From: Octopus bimaculoides
Lineage: Eukaryota
Direction: 5' to 3'
NCBI RefSeq assembly: GCF_001194135.2
Contig: NC_068981.1
Coordinates: 103,807,468 to 103,871,467, forward strand
DNA length: 64,000 nucleotides
Shown: piece after piece, positions 1 through 12,884 of the stretch
Position numbering within the stretch: the first letter of the stretch is position 1
Layout: every line of letters starts with the position of its first letter
Program-made: the position numbers and the translations under genes
Notes under the pieces: generated by a model
Databases searched by the model: none
What the model saw: the letters and a program-made list of their open reading frames with translations, nothing else
What the model was told of the DNA's origin: nothing

Positions 1-275
1 TTTTATGAACTGCCATAGTGATCACAATGTGTAGAACATTAGTCACGACTTCTTGATCAAGGTCAGAATATAAGCCAGCTTGAAATATCTGACTGACTTT
101 TGAACCAATGATTTTGAGCCTCCATATTGCTGCCAACTTAGAGGTAGCAGCCAAATAGTCCTTAAATCAGAGCAGAAGCAGACACATAGATGACTGAGAA
201 AAGGTGAGATGAACATACACTCATTGAAAGCTGACCTGCTGACCCTCAGTATAATACATGTATAAATCAATGCAG

Positions 276-328
<53 letters not shown>

Positions 329-1968
329 CACACACTCTGTCTCTTGCAGCTAGAAAAGTTTCCCAGTACATGTCAGTCACTAGGTACTCAGAACAATTCA
401 CTATTACTGCTACCACCACTACTACTACTATCCCTTATAATGTTACTAGTTTTCTTAGAGGCTGTGTACATTCCAATACACCTTTGTGTCTTCTTGCCTT
501 TCCTACTGTGTCTCATCCCGATTAAATCCTTGCATTCTAAACTCTTTACTCTCCCCAAAACAGTTTCTCTTTAACATTCCACCTACTTTGCTCATACTTT
601 TCCCTTAGTGACACAAATCTGCAGAAATTCAAGCTGAACATCAGTCACAATGAGCTTAATAGTCTGGAAAGAAGCAGAAATTGCAAAGGTCATAAATCAT
701 TTATACTGCCTCTCTGACTAATTAGTAATGAAAACACCCAAGCTTATCGACCATAGGCCTGTCAGCTTAACAAGGGCTGCTTTAGCTTTGGGTCCTTCTG
801 TGCAGTTCAGTGCATTGGATAGTAAGCTTCCTCCACCAGCTTCGGTTGGCTGCTACTGTTGCACATGATTTTCAGGTAATGTTGATTGTCTTCAAGTCAT
901 CTTGAAATATCCACTGCTATCTTGAAATGTTCACTGCCATCTTAAAATGTCCACTGTCGAGAGTTGACCAGGGACTAAACAACCACATTGATAATGAGAG
1001 CTGCAGAAAGCTAACTTATAATGAAACATAATGTAGTACTCACTGTAACACATAAAAGTGGACATCATATTAATGATGATGCATATACACACTGCCAATT
1101 ATATTAGCATATACACACACACATAATTACATTCATACATACCTACATGCATAAATACATGTCCAGTTAAACTTATGTACATTCTAACCAGTATCCACCT
1201 AATTAAATGACCCATCAGTATTTCAAGAAAGTTCAAATATAGGGGGAGTATTAAAGCAGCCTTTGAGGTATATATATATCAAGATGAACAAACAAAAGAA
1301 GGACATACTGCCAATAGTATTAGCAGATACTCTGGACCCACGCATCTTATTTGATAACTTCTTTATACATTCAATGTGTTGATTGAATTATGTATGACAT
1401 GAAAATGATATATTTAAATGTGTCCCCTTTTCAATTCTCACAGTCTCCTCCTCCTTTGATAAACTCTGCTCTTGTACAATAAATACAGCCAGTTGCTTGA
1501 TCCTTCAAGATCAAGAGTATCAAGCAATTGGAAATGAAGTCTTATGAATTCAGCAAGAGATAAAATGGAAGATAATGATGTTTCTGAATATCCCAAAGGC
1601 ATTAGCAGCTAGAACCAATTTTGAGCTAGAAACATACTTAGCCACCTTGGAGCATACCATGTAGGGTTTGGTGCTCGACATAAAATGCTTATGTGAAAAA
1701 TGTCATCATCATCATCATCATCGTTTTCAATGTACATTTTTACATGCTATCATGGGTTGGATGGAATTTGTTAAGGTGGATTTTCTATTGCCTGATGCCC
1801 TTTCTGTCCCCTTTCTGTACCTGTGTCAAGTAAGGTAATATTCCCTACAACCAGACATATTTTAATGGAAGATTGGAAATGAAAGATACTGCTTGCATGA
1901 TGGTGACACTCATTTACAATTATTACATAAAGTCAAGGCAAGGTGATTCTCTCTCTCTCTCTCTCTCT

Positions 1969-2006
<38 letters not shown>

Positions 2007-3177
2007 GCTTCTTTCAGTTTCCATCGCAAGGCTTTGGTCGGCCTGGGGCTATAGTGGAAGATGCTTTGCCCAGGGTGCCATGAAATGTAACTGAATCTGA
2101 TATCATGTAGTTGGGAAGCAAACTTCTTACCACACAGCCGCAGACAGAGATGTATACTAGTGTGGAATCTTTAACCTGACTCCTTGCTACTTGGCACATT
2201 CCAGAAATCAGAGGCTAAATGTAATACTTAAAATTCACACTGAGTAATTCTTCACATTGCCATTTTGTTTATAGTAGAATTACTAATGTTCAAATGTTTT
2301 CAAACCAGTCAGTGATGTAGGCTTTTTCTCCAAAATTATTATTTTTTTTAAATAGTTATATTAATTTTTGTTTTTAATTTTTTTGTTTCATTCCTGCTTG
2401 CATATATCCCTGTAGTCAGATCTTCAGAATGCTCTATGAATGTTTTGCACACTACATTTACATACATTTACCCCATATTGTATCACACCACACACAAAAC
2501 ATGTTCACTTATATTTAAAAACATCTGCAGGAAGTTTATTCATACAGATGATTTCCTTTCACTGCACATATAGTCAGAGCACATATATTCATGTAACACA
2601 TATTTACAGATAAACTAACATACAAGCTCATTCTCATAAATGCTTTCTGACACAACAAATATCCATAACACATACACACATATGAATTCAAACATGCTCA
2701 TTCATACATATATACATAATGTCTTGTTATCCGTATTCCTCAAAAACAAAACAAAATAAATACAAAATTTTAAAAAAAACCCTTAGCACCCCTCTGGTTT
2801 TGACAGCATGCCCAATGTTTTGTTACATGTTCTTCATCTGTGCATCATAAATTCTATTGGTGTATTCTAGCACTATTAACCTTTTCACATTTATATCTAC
2901 AAATCCATATTCGCAACACACTTATAATGTTTACAATACTTCATCATAAAAGTCATCTCTTCTCTGGGGAAAAAAACAGATGCAACAATTTAACAGAAAT
3001 AACATTTCGGGGTCCAGTTCAACCTAAACTCTGGGATACCTTACTTGTCTTGAATTTGCTTGGGGTTGTAAACACAAGACTGATTTCGAGTGATACGTAC
3101 ATGCACACATACGTACTTTATTTGTGTCAGTCACTGAACTGCAGCCATGTTGGAGCACTGCTTTGAAGGGTATAGTT

Positions 3178-3466
3178 CAGTGGTCCTCAACCATTGTTTA
3201 CTCATGGACCCCTCTGATTACTATCCTATTCTGGTGGACCCCTACAATCATTTGATGGTTAAAAACTAGTTTTATAGATACTTCTTTCAAAATTCCTAAT
3301 TTGTTTTTACACATTAACTTGTGTAGATTGAACTATGTAAAATGTTAGAGAGAGAAACTGAGCTGTTTCTTGCAATAAATGCATCTAAAGCAAAATTTTT
3401 CCATGGACATCTAAGAATATTATATGGAGCCCCTGGGGCAATGTGGACCCCAGTTGAGAACCACTG
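3178..3466. mobile_element. hAT (Charlie/Buster-type) MITE
   Basis: TIRs CAGTGGTCCTCAAC / GTTGAGAACCACTG; 8-bp TSD gtatagtt / gtatagta (7/8 match, central TA). Confidence 0.85.
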
Positions 3467-3810
3467 GTATAGTACAACTAACTGACACCAGTGCATACTT
3501 TTTTTTAAATCTATTACTTATTTTATTGGTTTCTTTTGCCAGACAACTAGGTTATGGGCTCATAAACAAACTCCAATTGTCAAGCAATAGACAGGAAATC
3601 ATACAGACACATACGCACACACTAGGCTTCTACTCAGCAGTCAGGCAGTCCAATGCAACAATGATGTGGAATAAGATACCATACTTGAAAACACAAATAA
3701 AGGTTAGCATCAGGAAGAACATCCAGCCATAGAATTCTGCCTTAAGAAGTCTTATTCATCCTCAGCTGTTGTGAAGAAAAGCAAAACATAAAACAATGAT
3801 GATACTGTTC

Positions 3811-3918
<108 letters not shown>

Positions 3919-4097
3919 AGTAGAGAAACTATGCTGCAAGGCTTAATGGAAATCCTGAAGATAAATATTTTGTTTTGGTTGTAACCAGTGTTTGTATTTG
4001 GGATAATGATTTCAAATGTTGTAAAAAGGCCAGTAATTTCGACAAGGGAGTAAGTCAATTGCATTGACCTCAGTATTCAACTGGTACTTATTTTTTA

Positions 4098-4336
4098 TTG
4101 TATATATATATGTATATATATGTATGTATATGGATATATATATATATATGGATATATATGTATATATATATGTATCTATCTTTCTGTGTATATATATATG
4201 TGTATGTGTGTATATATAAATATGTGTGTATGTATATATGTGTATGTATATATATGTATATGTGTATGTATATATATGTATATGTGTATATATGTGTATA
4301 TGTGTATATATATATGTATATATGTGTATCTATACG

Positions 4337-4385
<49 letters not shown>

Positions 4386-4525
4386 TTATTTATATATATA
4401 GGTGTGTATATATGTGTGTGTATATATATATATATATATGTATGTATATATGTACATATATCTATATGTAGATGTATATATAGATGTATATATATATATA
4501 TATATATGTATATATCTGTGTGTGT
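4098..4525. repeat. (TA)/(TG) compound low-complexity tract; similar tracts at 8320-8740, 20690-21030, 31660-32140, 39120-39900 and 40730-40912
   Basis: Read directly from the sequence; source of the YIYI/CVCV ORFs. Confidence 0.95.
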
Positions 4526-4534
4526 ATATTCCAT

Positions 4535-5425
4535 CCTCTATGAGTTGAACTGGATAGCGTCTGTCAATTAGGGTGTTAATTAGGGAGTTCTTGCAGTCTA
4601 AAGTCTCTGAGTTTTTTTCTGACACTATTGTGCATATCCTTCTTGCAAGGTTGAAGGGGATGTTTGTTTTGGTGTGTCTTGGGTGGTATGAATTAAATAG
4701 TAGATATTGTTTGGTGTCTGTTGTTTTGTAAAATACGGCCGTTTCTATTTTTAGGTTTATTTTTTTAAATTAGTATATCCAAAAATGGGAACTCCTTTTG
4801 GTTGTACTCTATTGTGAACTGTACGTTTTGGTTGATGCTGTTCAATAGCCTTTTGAATTTCAGGAGTTTATCTGTGTTTTCATTCCAGAGTATGAAACAG
4901 TCATTCAGGAATCTTTTCCAATTTTCTTTTATGTATTGGGAAAGGGGGTTTCCAAAGGTAGATAAAGATTCCTGGTATATTATTATTTCCAGATAGCCCA
5001 TTGTTAGGTTCGCAATGACTGGGGCTGCCTTAGTGCCCATAGTAATTCTGGATTTTTGTTGATAAAACGTATTGTCAAACATGAAGTGGTTGTTTCGTAG
5101 GATGAATTCAACCAATTCAGTTATAAATTTTTTGCTGATCCTTTTTGGTATTTCTTCTGAAAATTAGTCCAGCCAGAACTGAATTGCCTCTAGCCCATAA
5201 TTATGAGGTATACTGGTATATAAATTGATTACATCAAATGAAACCATGATGGTTTCTTCCTTGATTTTTTTTGGGAGGTAATTTAATATATCCAAGTCAT
5301 CTCTGATATGGCTATTGATGTGTTTAAGGAAGGGTTTCGGGAGGATGTCCATAAAAAGACTTAGTCTGTGTGTTTCACAGGCTGGGCCACCTATAATGGA
5401 TCGTAGTTTTAAGTCCCCTGGGTTT
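4535..5425 (-). mobile_element. Penelope-like retroelement (PLE) reverse transcriptase fragment, decayed
   Basis: Minus-strand peptides LRSIIGGPACETHRLS, MVSFDVINLYTSIPHNYGLEAIQFWL, FILRNNHFMFDNTFYQQKSRITMGTKAAPVIANLTMGYLE, WKRFLNDCFILW and NIPFNLARRICTIVSE are typical PLE RT and C-terminal motifs. The frame is broken by frameshifts. Confidence 0.85.
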
Positions 5426-5459
5426 GATGCTTATGTATATATATGAACATATATATGTG

Positions 5460-5870
5460 TATATATATGTATATATTTTTTATTTAAAAGCAACAGAAAT
5501 ATAACAAAAGACTGTTACTCGGAGTTTCACGTTCCCGTTCATCGGACACTTTTGTTAGAAATGGGAAAGGAATGACAATGCAATCAAAATTAATATAAAA
5601 TTTGAAACACGTGAATCTGTTTGATTGGTCGTTTCAAATAACGGTCATGGGTGCGCAATGAACAAAACAAATGAATTTAATATAGATTCATCCTATTTTC
5701 TAAAAAATCGAAGAAAACCATACATATTGTAAATAATTAATTATATTCGAATTAACACATTAAAATCAAATAAAATAAAATATACGCTGCATTAAAAATA
5801 AAATTACAACAGTATAAACGCATACTAGACTATCTACAACATATATATATACATCAAAATACACAGATGC
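5460..5870 (-). mobile_element. Probable PLE terminal repeat (pLTR/3' UTR) segment carrying the hammerhead
   Basis: AT-rich segment containing the hammerhead, lying directly 5' of the PLE RT fragment on the same strand and bounded by (TA)n tracts. Boundaries are approximate. Confidence 0.45.
5502..5557 (-). ncRNA. Minimal type I hammerhead ribozyme motif (PLE-associated)
   Basis: The minus strand reads UAACAAAAG UGU CCGAUGA ACG GGAA CGU GAA ACUC C GAGU A ACA GU CUUUUGUUA: stem I of 9+3 bp with a 2-nt bulge, core CCGAUGA/GAAA, stem II ACG/CGU, palindromic stem III and a GUA cleavage triplet. Confidence 0.7.
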
Positions 5871-6607
5871 ATACGTATGAGTCTTCAGCTTTTGCTGAAT
5901 GACCCGCACCAATGATTTGTTTACAATGATCAAATTAGGTCACTCCCTCCATGAAATTGGCATTGTCTGAACAGGTGCATGGCGTAGCATGTGTGAGACG
6001 TGAAAGTGATAATGGAGCAACGCGAGATGAAGCGTTTTCCTCAAGCACACTATGCACCACCCGGTCTTGGAATTCAAATCATGATTGCAACATCCTAACC
6101 ACTAGGCCATATGCCCTCATACACCCACATGCGTGCACACACTCACTCACATAAAATTGTTCATTGGATTCTTTTGAATTCACATTTTTGAATATTAAGG
6201 ACACCAAGTGAGGGTTGTCGTCTGCACAACTACATATATACTATATACAAATATACCAATATATACTCATGTACGTATGGATGTATTCATACACTTACAC
6301 ATACACATGTGTATAGATATACATGTGCATGAAATTATACCCCTTCTCTTCAACTTACAACCTATGCAACTTATCACCATGCACACTTATGACCACAAAA
6401 AATGAAAAAATAAATACATAAATTGATATTCAGACGTTGTGCAGCTGCATGTATGATAACTATGGCAGCATCTGGTAACCCAGTCTCCCTGAGACACAGG
6501 CATCCATTGCCTGCCATTGTCCCTCACTCAGTCACTTTTAACTATCAGTTGCATGTGGATCTTACAATTGTATCTTAAATACCCATGAAATGACTGGTAA
6601 ATGGAAG

Positions 6608-6894
6608 ATGCTTTCATCTACAGATGCACCACCTAAGAAGTCAAAGAAGGCTATTGGTTTAGACTGTAAAATGAAGATTATCCAGCAGTTTGAAGGCGGA
6701 AAGTAGGTGAATACAATAGCACATGACTTGAAGTTATCGCATTTCTCAGTATCAATGGTATTTAAGGACAAAAAAAGAATTCATGAAGCTGCGAAAGGTT
6801 CTACAGCTATGAAGTCTATAATTTTAACCAAACAATGACAGGGACCCATCCATGAAATGGAGAAGTTGTTATTCATGTGGGTGGAAGATTTAAT
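6608..6894 (+). mobile_element. Tigger/pogo transposase N-terminal (CENP-B HTH) fragment, decayed
   Basis: Translates as MLSSTDAPPKKSKKAIGLDCKMKIIQQFEGGK*VNTIAHDLKLSHFSVSMVFKDKKRIHEAAKGSTAMKSIILTKQ*QGPIHEMEKLLFMWVED, with two stops. The pattern is that of TIGD1/Tigger. Confidence 0.8.
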
Positions 6895-7099
6895 ACCTGT
6901 TTGAATGAAAATAATGTTGAAAAATATAAATCCAACTTACGACCTGTCCGTCAGAACGGAACTTGGTCATAAGCCAAGGAGAAAGTGTATACCCATGCAC
7001 AACAGCATGCAGTTTCATGATCTCATGGAAGTTCCAGACCCAACATGGGGAAGGTTCCATGAATGGTGTTTACTTAAAATAAAAACAGAAATGGGTTAA

Positions 7100-7332
7100 A
7101 GGTTCACTACAGCTGTCTCAGACATATTTTTTTTATTGATGAATAATTCAATTACATCATGAAAAGCAATAATTTTTTTCAGGTAAATTAAAAATTTAAA
7201 ATTTGATTCAGAGAAAAATACCATGAACCAAATTTTTAATTTTCAATTCACCTGAAGAAAATAGTTGTTTTTCATGATGTAACTGAATTATTCATCAATA
7301 AAAAAAATGTCAGAGACAGCTGTGGTGAACCT
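7100..7332. mobile_element. Long-TIR MITE with TTAA target duplication (Kolobok/T2-type termini)
   Basis: TTAA(7096-7099)|AGGTTCACTACAGCTGTCTC...GAGACAGCTGTGGTGAACCT|TTAA(7333-7336). The imperfect inverted arms are about 100 bp each around a short spacer. Confidence 0.8.
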
Positions 7333-7367
7333 TTAACCAATTTGTGTTCTTATGTTTTATATAGAGC

Positions 7368-7625
7368 CCGTCGTATATATGTATACATATATATATGTAT
7401 GTGTGTATATGTTTGTGTGTCTGTGTTTGTCCCACTAACATCGCTTGACAACCAATGCTGGTGTGTTTACGTCCCCGTAACTTAGCTGTTCAGCAAAAGA
7501 GACTAATAGAATAAGTACTAGGCTTACAAAGAATAAGTCCTGGGGTCGACTTGATTCGACTAAAGGCGGTGCTCCAGCATGGCTGCAGTCAAATGACTAA
7601 AACAAGTAAAAGAGTGAAAGAGACC
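7368..7625 (+). mobile_element. SINE family A, 3' half
   Basis: cccgtcgtatatatg...catcgcttgacaacc...gcggtgctccagcatggctgcagtcaaatgact. Confidence 0.8.
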
Positions 7626-9039
7626 ATACTATCTGTTTTTTTCTCTTTTCCAGACAGGGAATGTAAGAGACTACATTATCTAATATGTCATTCCTTCTTA
7701 AAGATTGCTGGGTGTGAGTTTTAGGGAAATATGGTTGCTATTTTCAGCAGGTAAAGAAATTCTGCAAAGGCTTTCTCCTTGGCTTGAACACTATGTTGTT
7801 GAAATTGTTTTTCAACAGTGAAGAGTGAATAGACTTGTATGTGTGCACAGAGCGTGTCCATGCATTTGATAGCTAACATTGTGCAGCAGAGTAATAGGAA
7901 GAAAGTATCCATACACGAACAACTAGTTGCTGTCTCACTCTCACTCACTCTCTGAATATATATATATATATCACTCATTATAGCTATCAAATGTAAATAT
8001 ACACTCATGTTCATCAGAATATTTTGCCTCAGTCAGATAGAGAACTCTCTGCTCATTATAGTTTACATTAGTTTTGCCTAATAGTAGTGAGGTTCTATCC
8101 TCTATAGTAGTAAGATGACGGGTAAGATCCTTTAGAAAACATTTTTTCATGTAGCGTTTTTTCATGGTGTTTTCCTAGTTTTTCATCCTTTTCTCTTTGT
8201 CCGTTATACTTTCTCTCTCATTTTTACTGGTATTTATGAGTTTTATTTTTAATTCTGCAAATTAACAGGAAAATTGATTTCTTGATTTACTTTATTTTCA
8301 GTATTTTTTTTGTTTTCATTTTCATTGCATGCACATGTATGTGTATATGTACATATGCCTCTATGTATGTGTATATATGTGTGCCTATGTGTATTTGTAC
8401 ATAGATAAGTGCATGTGCATGTCTGTGTATGCATATATATGTGTGTGTCTGTATATATGTGCCTGTATATATATGTTTGCATGTATATATGCCTGTATAT
8501 GTATGTTTGCATGTATGTGGATGCATGTGTATATGTCCGTTATGTGTATATTTTATGCATCACTGTATGTATGTATGCATGTATGTACACATGTGTATGT
8601 GAGCCTGTTTATGATCTATGTGCATGTGTATATTTGTATGTTTGTCTGGATATGTATGCTTTTCTGTGTACGTGAGTGTTTTTATGTGTATGTCTCTCTC
8701 TCTTTCTCTCTCCTCCCTGTGTGTGTGTGTGTGTATGTGTAGGTTAATATTGTTTCTTGTGGAAAGAAGCCATAAATCTAAAACTTCACCCTTCACCATT
8801 CATCTCGTTGCTGTTGCAACTGCTGCACCACCACCACCACCACCACTGCTATCACTACTATCATTATTAATGCTTTTGCAATATATTGGATGCACGGAGG
8901 GAGTGATGTGAGCATTATCAGCTGCCTGTTTTCATTCTTCTTCCTTTTTTTAAAAAATTTATCTATCAAACCTTAATGATGATTACCAGATGTGCAAGCT
9001 GTTGTATATCTAGATCAGAAATGCGATAGATTGATAGAT

Positions 9040-9040
9040 A

Positions 9041-9107
<67 letters not shown>

Positions 9108-9480
9108 GATGATCTGATGAACTTTGAGAGAGAAATAAACAGTGGGTTAGAGAGAAGCTGAGAGAGATGGACTCTGGTTGTGAGAGAAAGAGAGATGGCC
9201 TGAGATGGATTGAAGGGGTGGGAGAAAGAGAGATGGCCTAAAGGGGTGAGAAGATGAATTGAGGGAATGAGCAAAAAGAGAGATGGATTTATTATGAGAA
9301 TATGTGTGAGGAAGGAGAGAGATGGTCTCATGAAATGAAAGAGAGATGGACATTGGGTTAGAGAGAAGCTGAGAGAGAAGGAGAAGGACTATGTTAGTGA
9401 TAGAGAGAGATGGACTGGGGGAGTGAAAGGAAAAGTTAGAGAGAGATGGATTTATGATGAGAGAGAGATAGGGCTCTTAC
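9040..9480. repeat. GA-rich tract with degenerate gagagagatgg repeats; CT-rich counterparts at 15480-16000 and 17960-18780
   Basis: Read directly from the sequence. Confidence 0.9.
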
Positions 9481-9996
9481 CAACAGCTTTAGATAAGTAT
9501 CCACACATTTGCAGCAATGATGAGTAGCCAGAGATCCTTGGTGATGATGGTGGTTGTAGCAACAGTGAGCTGGTAGAAGTGGGGATCCTCATAGGTTGGA
9601 GGGAAAATTCACTGCAAAATCCAATGCCCTACACAACTGTCTCTCACCACTGGCCAATGTTGTTTCATCACCAACAGAAAGGGGGATGGTGATGGGAACA
9701 GGGACAATAGTGGTGGTGAAATTGATGGTGGCAGTGGTGGTGATGGTGATGGTGGTGTTGGTGAAGGTATTTGGCCATTGTGATTTCGGTATTAGTGGCT
9801 GTATTTGGTGTAACCATTAAGTTGACCCTACTTCTTCTTATTTGACAAATGCTACTTCCACGTTTAGCTGTATTCCATTATTATTTATTTTTTTGTTTTT
9901 GCTGTTTTGTTTTCCAATATAACAAATTCGTCTCCTTAATGATTGCTTATCCATGAGAGAACAGACATGTTCTCTCTTGCCCTCCCTTTTTTCTCT

Positions 9997-10037
<41 letters not shown>

Positions 10038-11302
10038 CTCCATCTCCAATATGCTAAACATCTGCCCACCCCCTTCTACCATTACCAAACCTTGTCTCTA
10101 TTCTGCTTACTCCCCCCCTGCATAATTTTTTCCTCCCCTCCTACACCAGACCTCCGTGCCAATTTCTGGCATGGCTAATTTGCTACTGTAAATAGACTTA
10201 TTATTAGAACTTTACCATTTAATGATTCATTTAATTCATAATGGGTTTTATTCATTCTGACAACATATAGATAAGAGAGAGCGAGAGAGAGAGAGCGAGA
10301 GAGAGAGAGCGAGGGAGCAAAAGAAAGAAAGAGCAGGAGAGTGAGAGAGCTTGTGAAAAAAAATGAGAAAGCAAGAGAATGAGAGAAAGAGAGATAATGA
10401 AGTGTGGGTGTGTGAGGGGAGAGAGAGAGATTGGTTAGGAGACAAACTGTCCAAACTTGCTTGTAAATAGAAGTTTGACTTGGTTTCTCCTCTATTTTCC
10501 AGGCATTCATATGATAAACTACAACTGATGTGTTTTCATATTTTAATATATATATTTAGTGCCTGTATATACTTCCATACCAATTTTTCCATGCCTGTAT
10601 TCACTTCCATACCATCTTTTCATGCCTGTATCCAGAAACTTGGACACGATAATCTTCAGTAAACTCAGTCAAAGTTGTAATTGATAAAACAACTGACATT
10701 TCTATCAGTCACCCGAAGATTGCTGTGTATAAATTCCTGGATACCAGTATGGAATCATGTTTCAGAAGGATTTTTCAAGTGCACGATATATGTATATATA
10801 GTTATGGTATATTCTGTTAAGAACATAGTAGAGTACAGTATAAACCTTGTCCACCTTCAGATTTCACCCTGTGCTATCCAGTAGTAGGTATTATTATACG
10901 TACCTCCACATTTGCATTTGGGCATCTGTTGTGTGTGAATAGATAATTGAAAAAATTTGGAGTCAACAAGAAGGAGTGCAGTTGGACATTTATTTTTTAA
11001 TCACTACAATTGTTTCTACACAATGTGGTTCTCCAGGCATGCAGGTATTTGATTATGCAACCATTTCCCTGCATTATGAGACCTAGTTGTATTTCCTCAG
11101 GCAATATGTAGATATTGTCTCCGTAAGTTCAAATTCTCAGTTTCAAGAACATTCTCTCTGTCTGTTGTGGCCTGAATTTAGTAGTCGTCACTGAGTTTTT
11201 CAAAGTGTGTTGTTCTTGAAGAAGCATCGGCAAACTGCTTTGAATGTGTAGATGTAGTGGGATGGTGATTCTGCTACTATGTATATATATATATATATAT
11301 AT

Positions 11303-11730
11303 AGGTGTAGATGCAGCTGTGTAGTAGGAAGCTAGCTTCCCAACCACATGAACCCAAGTCTAGTCCCACTGCATGGCACCTTGGGAAAGAATCTTATACT
11401 GTAGCCTTGGGCCAACCAAAGCCTTGTGAATGGATTTGGTAGACGGAAACTGAAAGAAGCCCATTGTATATTTTATATGTTTATATTTGTATATATGTTT
11501 GTATATTTGTATTTGTGTGTGTCTGTGTTTGTCTTTCCACCATCGCTTGACAACTGATGCTGGTGTGTTTATGTCCCCATAATTTAGCAGTTCAGCAAAA
11601 GAGACCAATAGAATAAGTACTAAGCTTACAAGGAATAAGTCCTGGGCTGTATTTCCTTGACTATAACCATTTGAGACAGTGCTCCAGCATGGCCACAGTC
11701 AAATGACTGAAACAAGTAAAAGAATAGAAG
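11303..11730 (+). mobile_element. tRNA-head SINE family A, near full-length
   Basis: Head ...gctagcttcccaaccacatg...agtcccactgcatggcaccttggg, internal (TA/TG)n, and 3' tail gtgctccagcatggccacagtcaaatgactgaaacaagtaaaag. More than 10 related copies occur in the window. Confidence 0.85.
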
Positions 11731-12004
11731 AATATATAAATATATGATTCATCAGAAATGATAGACACAATACAAATGTAGTGTATTCTTTAACACATTA
11801 TAATTGAAAGGCTCCGATTTCTAGTAGTCAGAGTTGCTCATTTCATGTCCAGCCAACCTTTGCATATCCTCTACTTATGCTCATTCTTATGTTTTGCTTC
11901 TATTAAACATTGCACTGCATACAATTTGTCCTTTACTCATAAAGATAATCTCCTTTTGCTGGCAGAAGAGATCACTCCTTGCACTTTTTCAAACCTGGTT
12001 ATTT

Positions 12005-12351
12005 TTTTATTCATTTCAGTCATTTGACTGTGGCCATGCTGGAGTACCATCTTCAGGGGTTTTAGTCGAACAAATCGACCCCAGGACTTGTTTAAATTTT
12101 TTTTTTAAGCCTTAGTACTTATTCTCTCACTCTCTTTTGCTGAACCGCTAAGTTACAGGGGCATAAACACACCAACACCAGTTGTCAATCGGTGATAGGG
12201 AGACAAACATAGACATAAAGACACACACATAGATACATACATATATATACAATGGGTTTCTTTCAGTTTCTATCTACCAAATTCACTCACGAGGTTTTGG
12301 TTAGCCCAAGGCTATATGGTAGAAGATACTTGCCCAAGGTGCCATGCAGTC
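12005..12351 (-). mobile_element. SINE family A copy, inverted relative to 11303-11730
   Basis: Reverse complement of the family A consensus. Confidence 0.8.
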
Positions 12352-12884
12352 TGACTATATATTTTATACTGCATAACAAGATTTAGCCCTTTGATTTAGT
12401 AGTACACACATTATGACTGTCCTCCACATATTTAATTACACTTATCAGGTTTAGATCAACTTGATGCTATGGTAGAGAGTACTGCACAGTGGGATGATCA
12501 CGAAACATCAAAACATAAAAAAAGGCAAACCTTTTATCCATTCAGCCATGACTAGTATACTAAACACAACCCATCCACCATTATTCATTATTCATACCTA
12601 CTAACAGCTAGTTTGAATGGTGGAGCGAAGGGACACATTAGTATTCCAAGATAATAATGAAGGGATGAGATTAACAATCTTTTTCCTTATTACCTGTCAT
12701 TGGAGCAAAGGCAGGTGTTATTGTTTTATGATAGTGTACTGAATATTAAGTAGTGAAGGAGGTCAGTGAACACTATGGAATTAGCTTCAATATCCATTCT
12801 TTAATTCATGATGATTTGAAGAACACTAGATAGTAAGAAGAACTAAGAAATAGTAGTATGTAAAGTAAAAAAAAAAAAAAGTAA

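Noticed and set aside
900-958. Three degenerate 19-bp tandem units (cttgaaatgtccactgcca-like); similar 32-bp doublet at 10561-10630
   Set aside because: Ordinary short slippage duplications with no further structure.
4088-4571. Long ORFs of [20 protein letters not shown] type here and at 8249-8911, 15449-15951, 17886-18654, 31538-32201, 39098-39816 and elsewhere
   Set aside because: They are translations of dinucleotide and low-complexity tracts that lack stop codons by composition.
7971-8165. Minus-strand 64-aa ORF MKKRYMKKCFLKDLTRH... in unique sequence with an upstream acceptor-like tttgcag
   Set aside because: There is an in-frame stop just upstream of the ATG, no frame stays open from the acceptor, and I recognise no homology. 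It cannot be excluded without a search.
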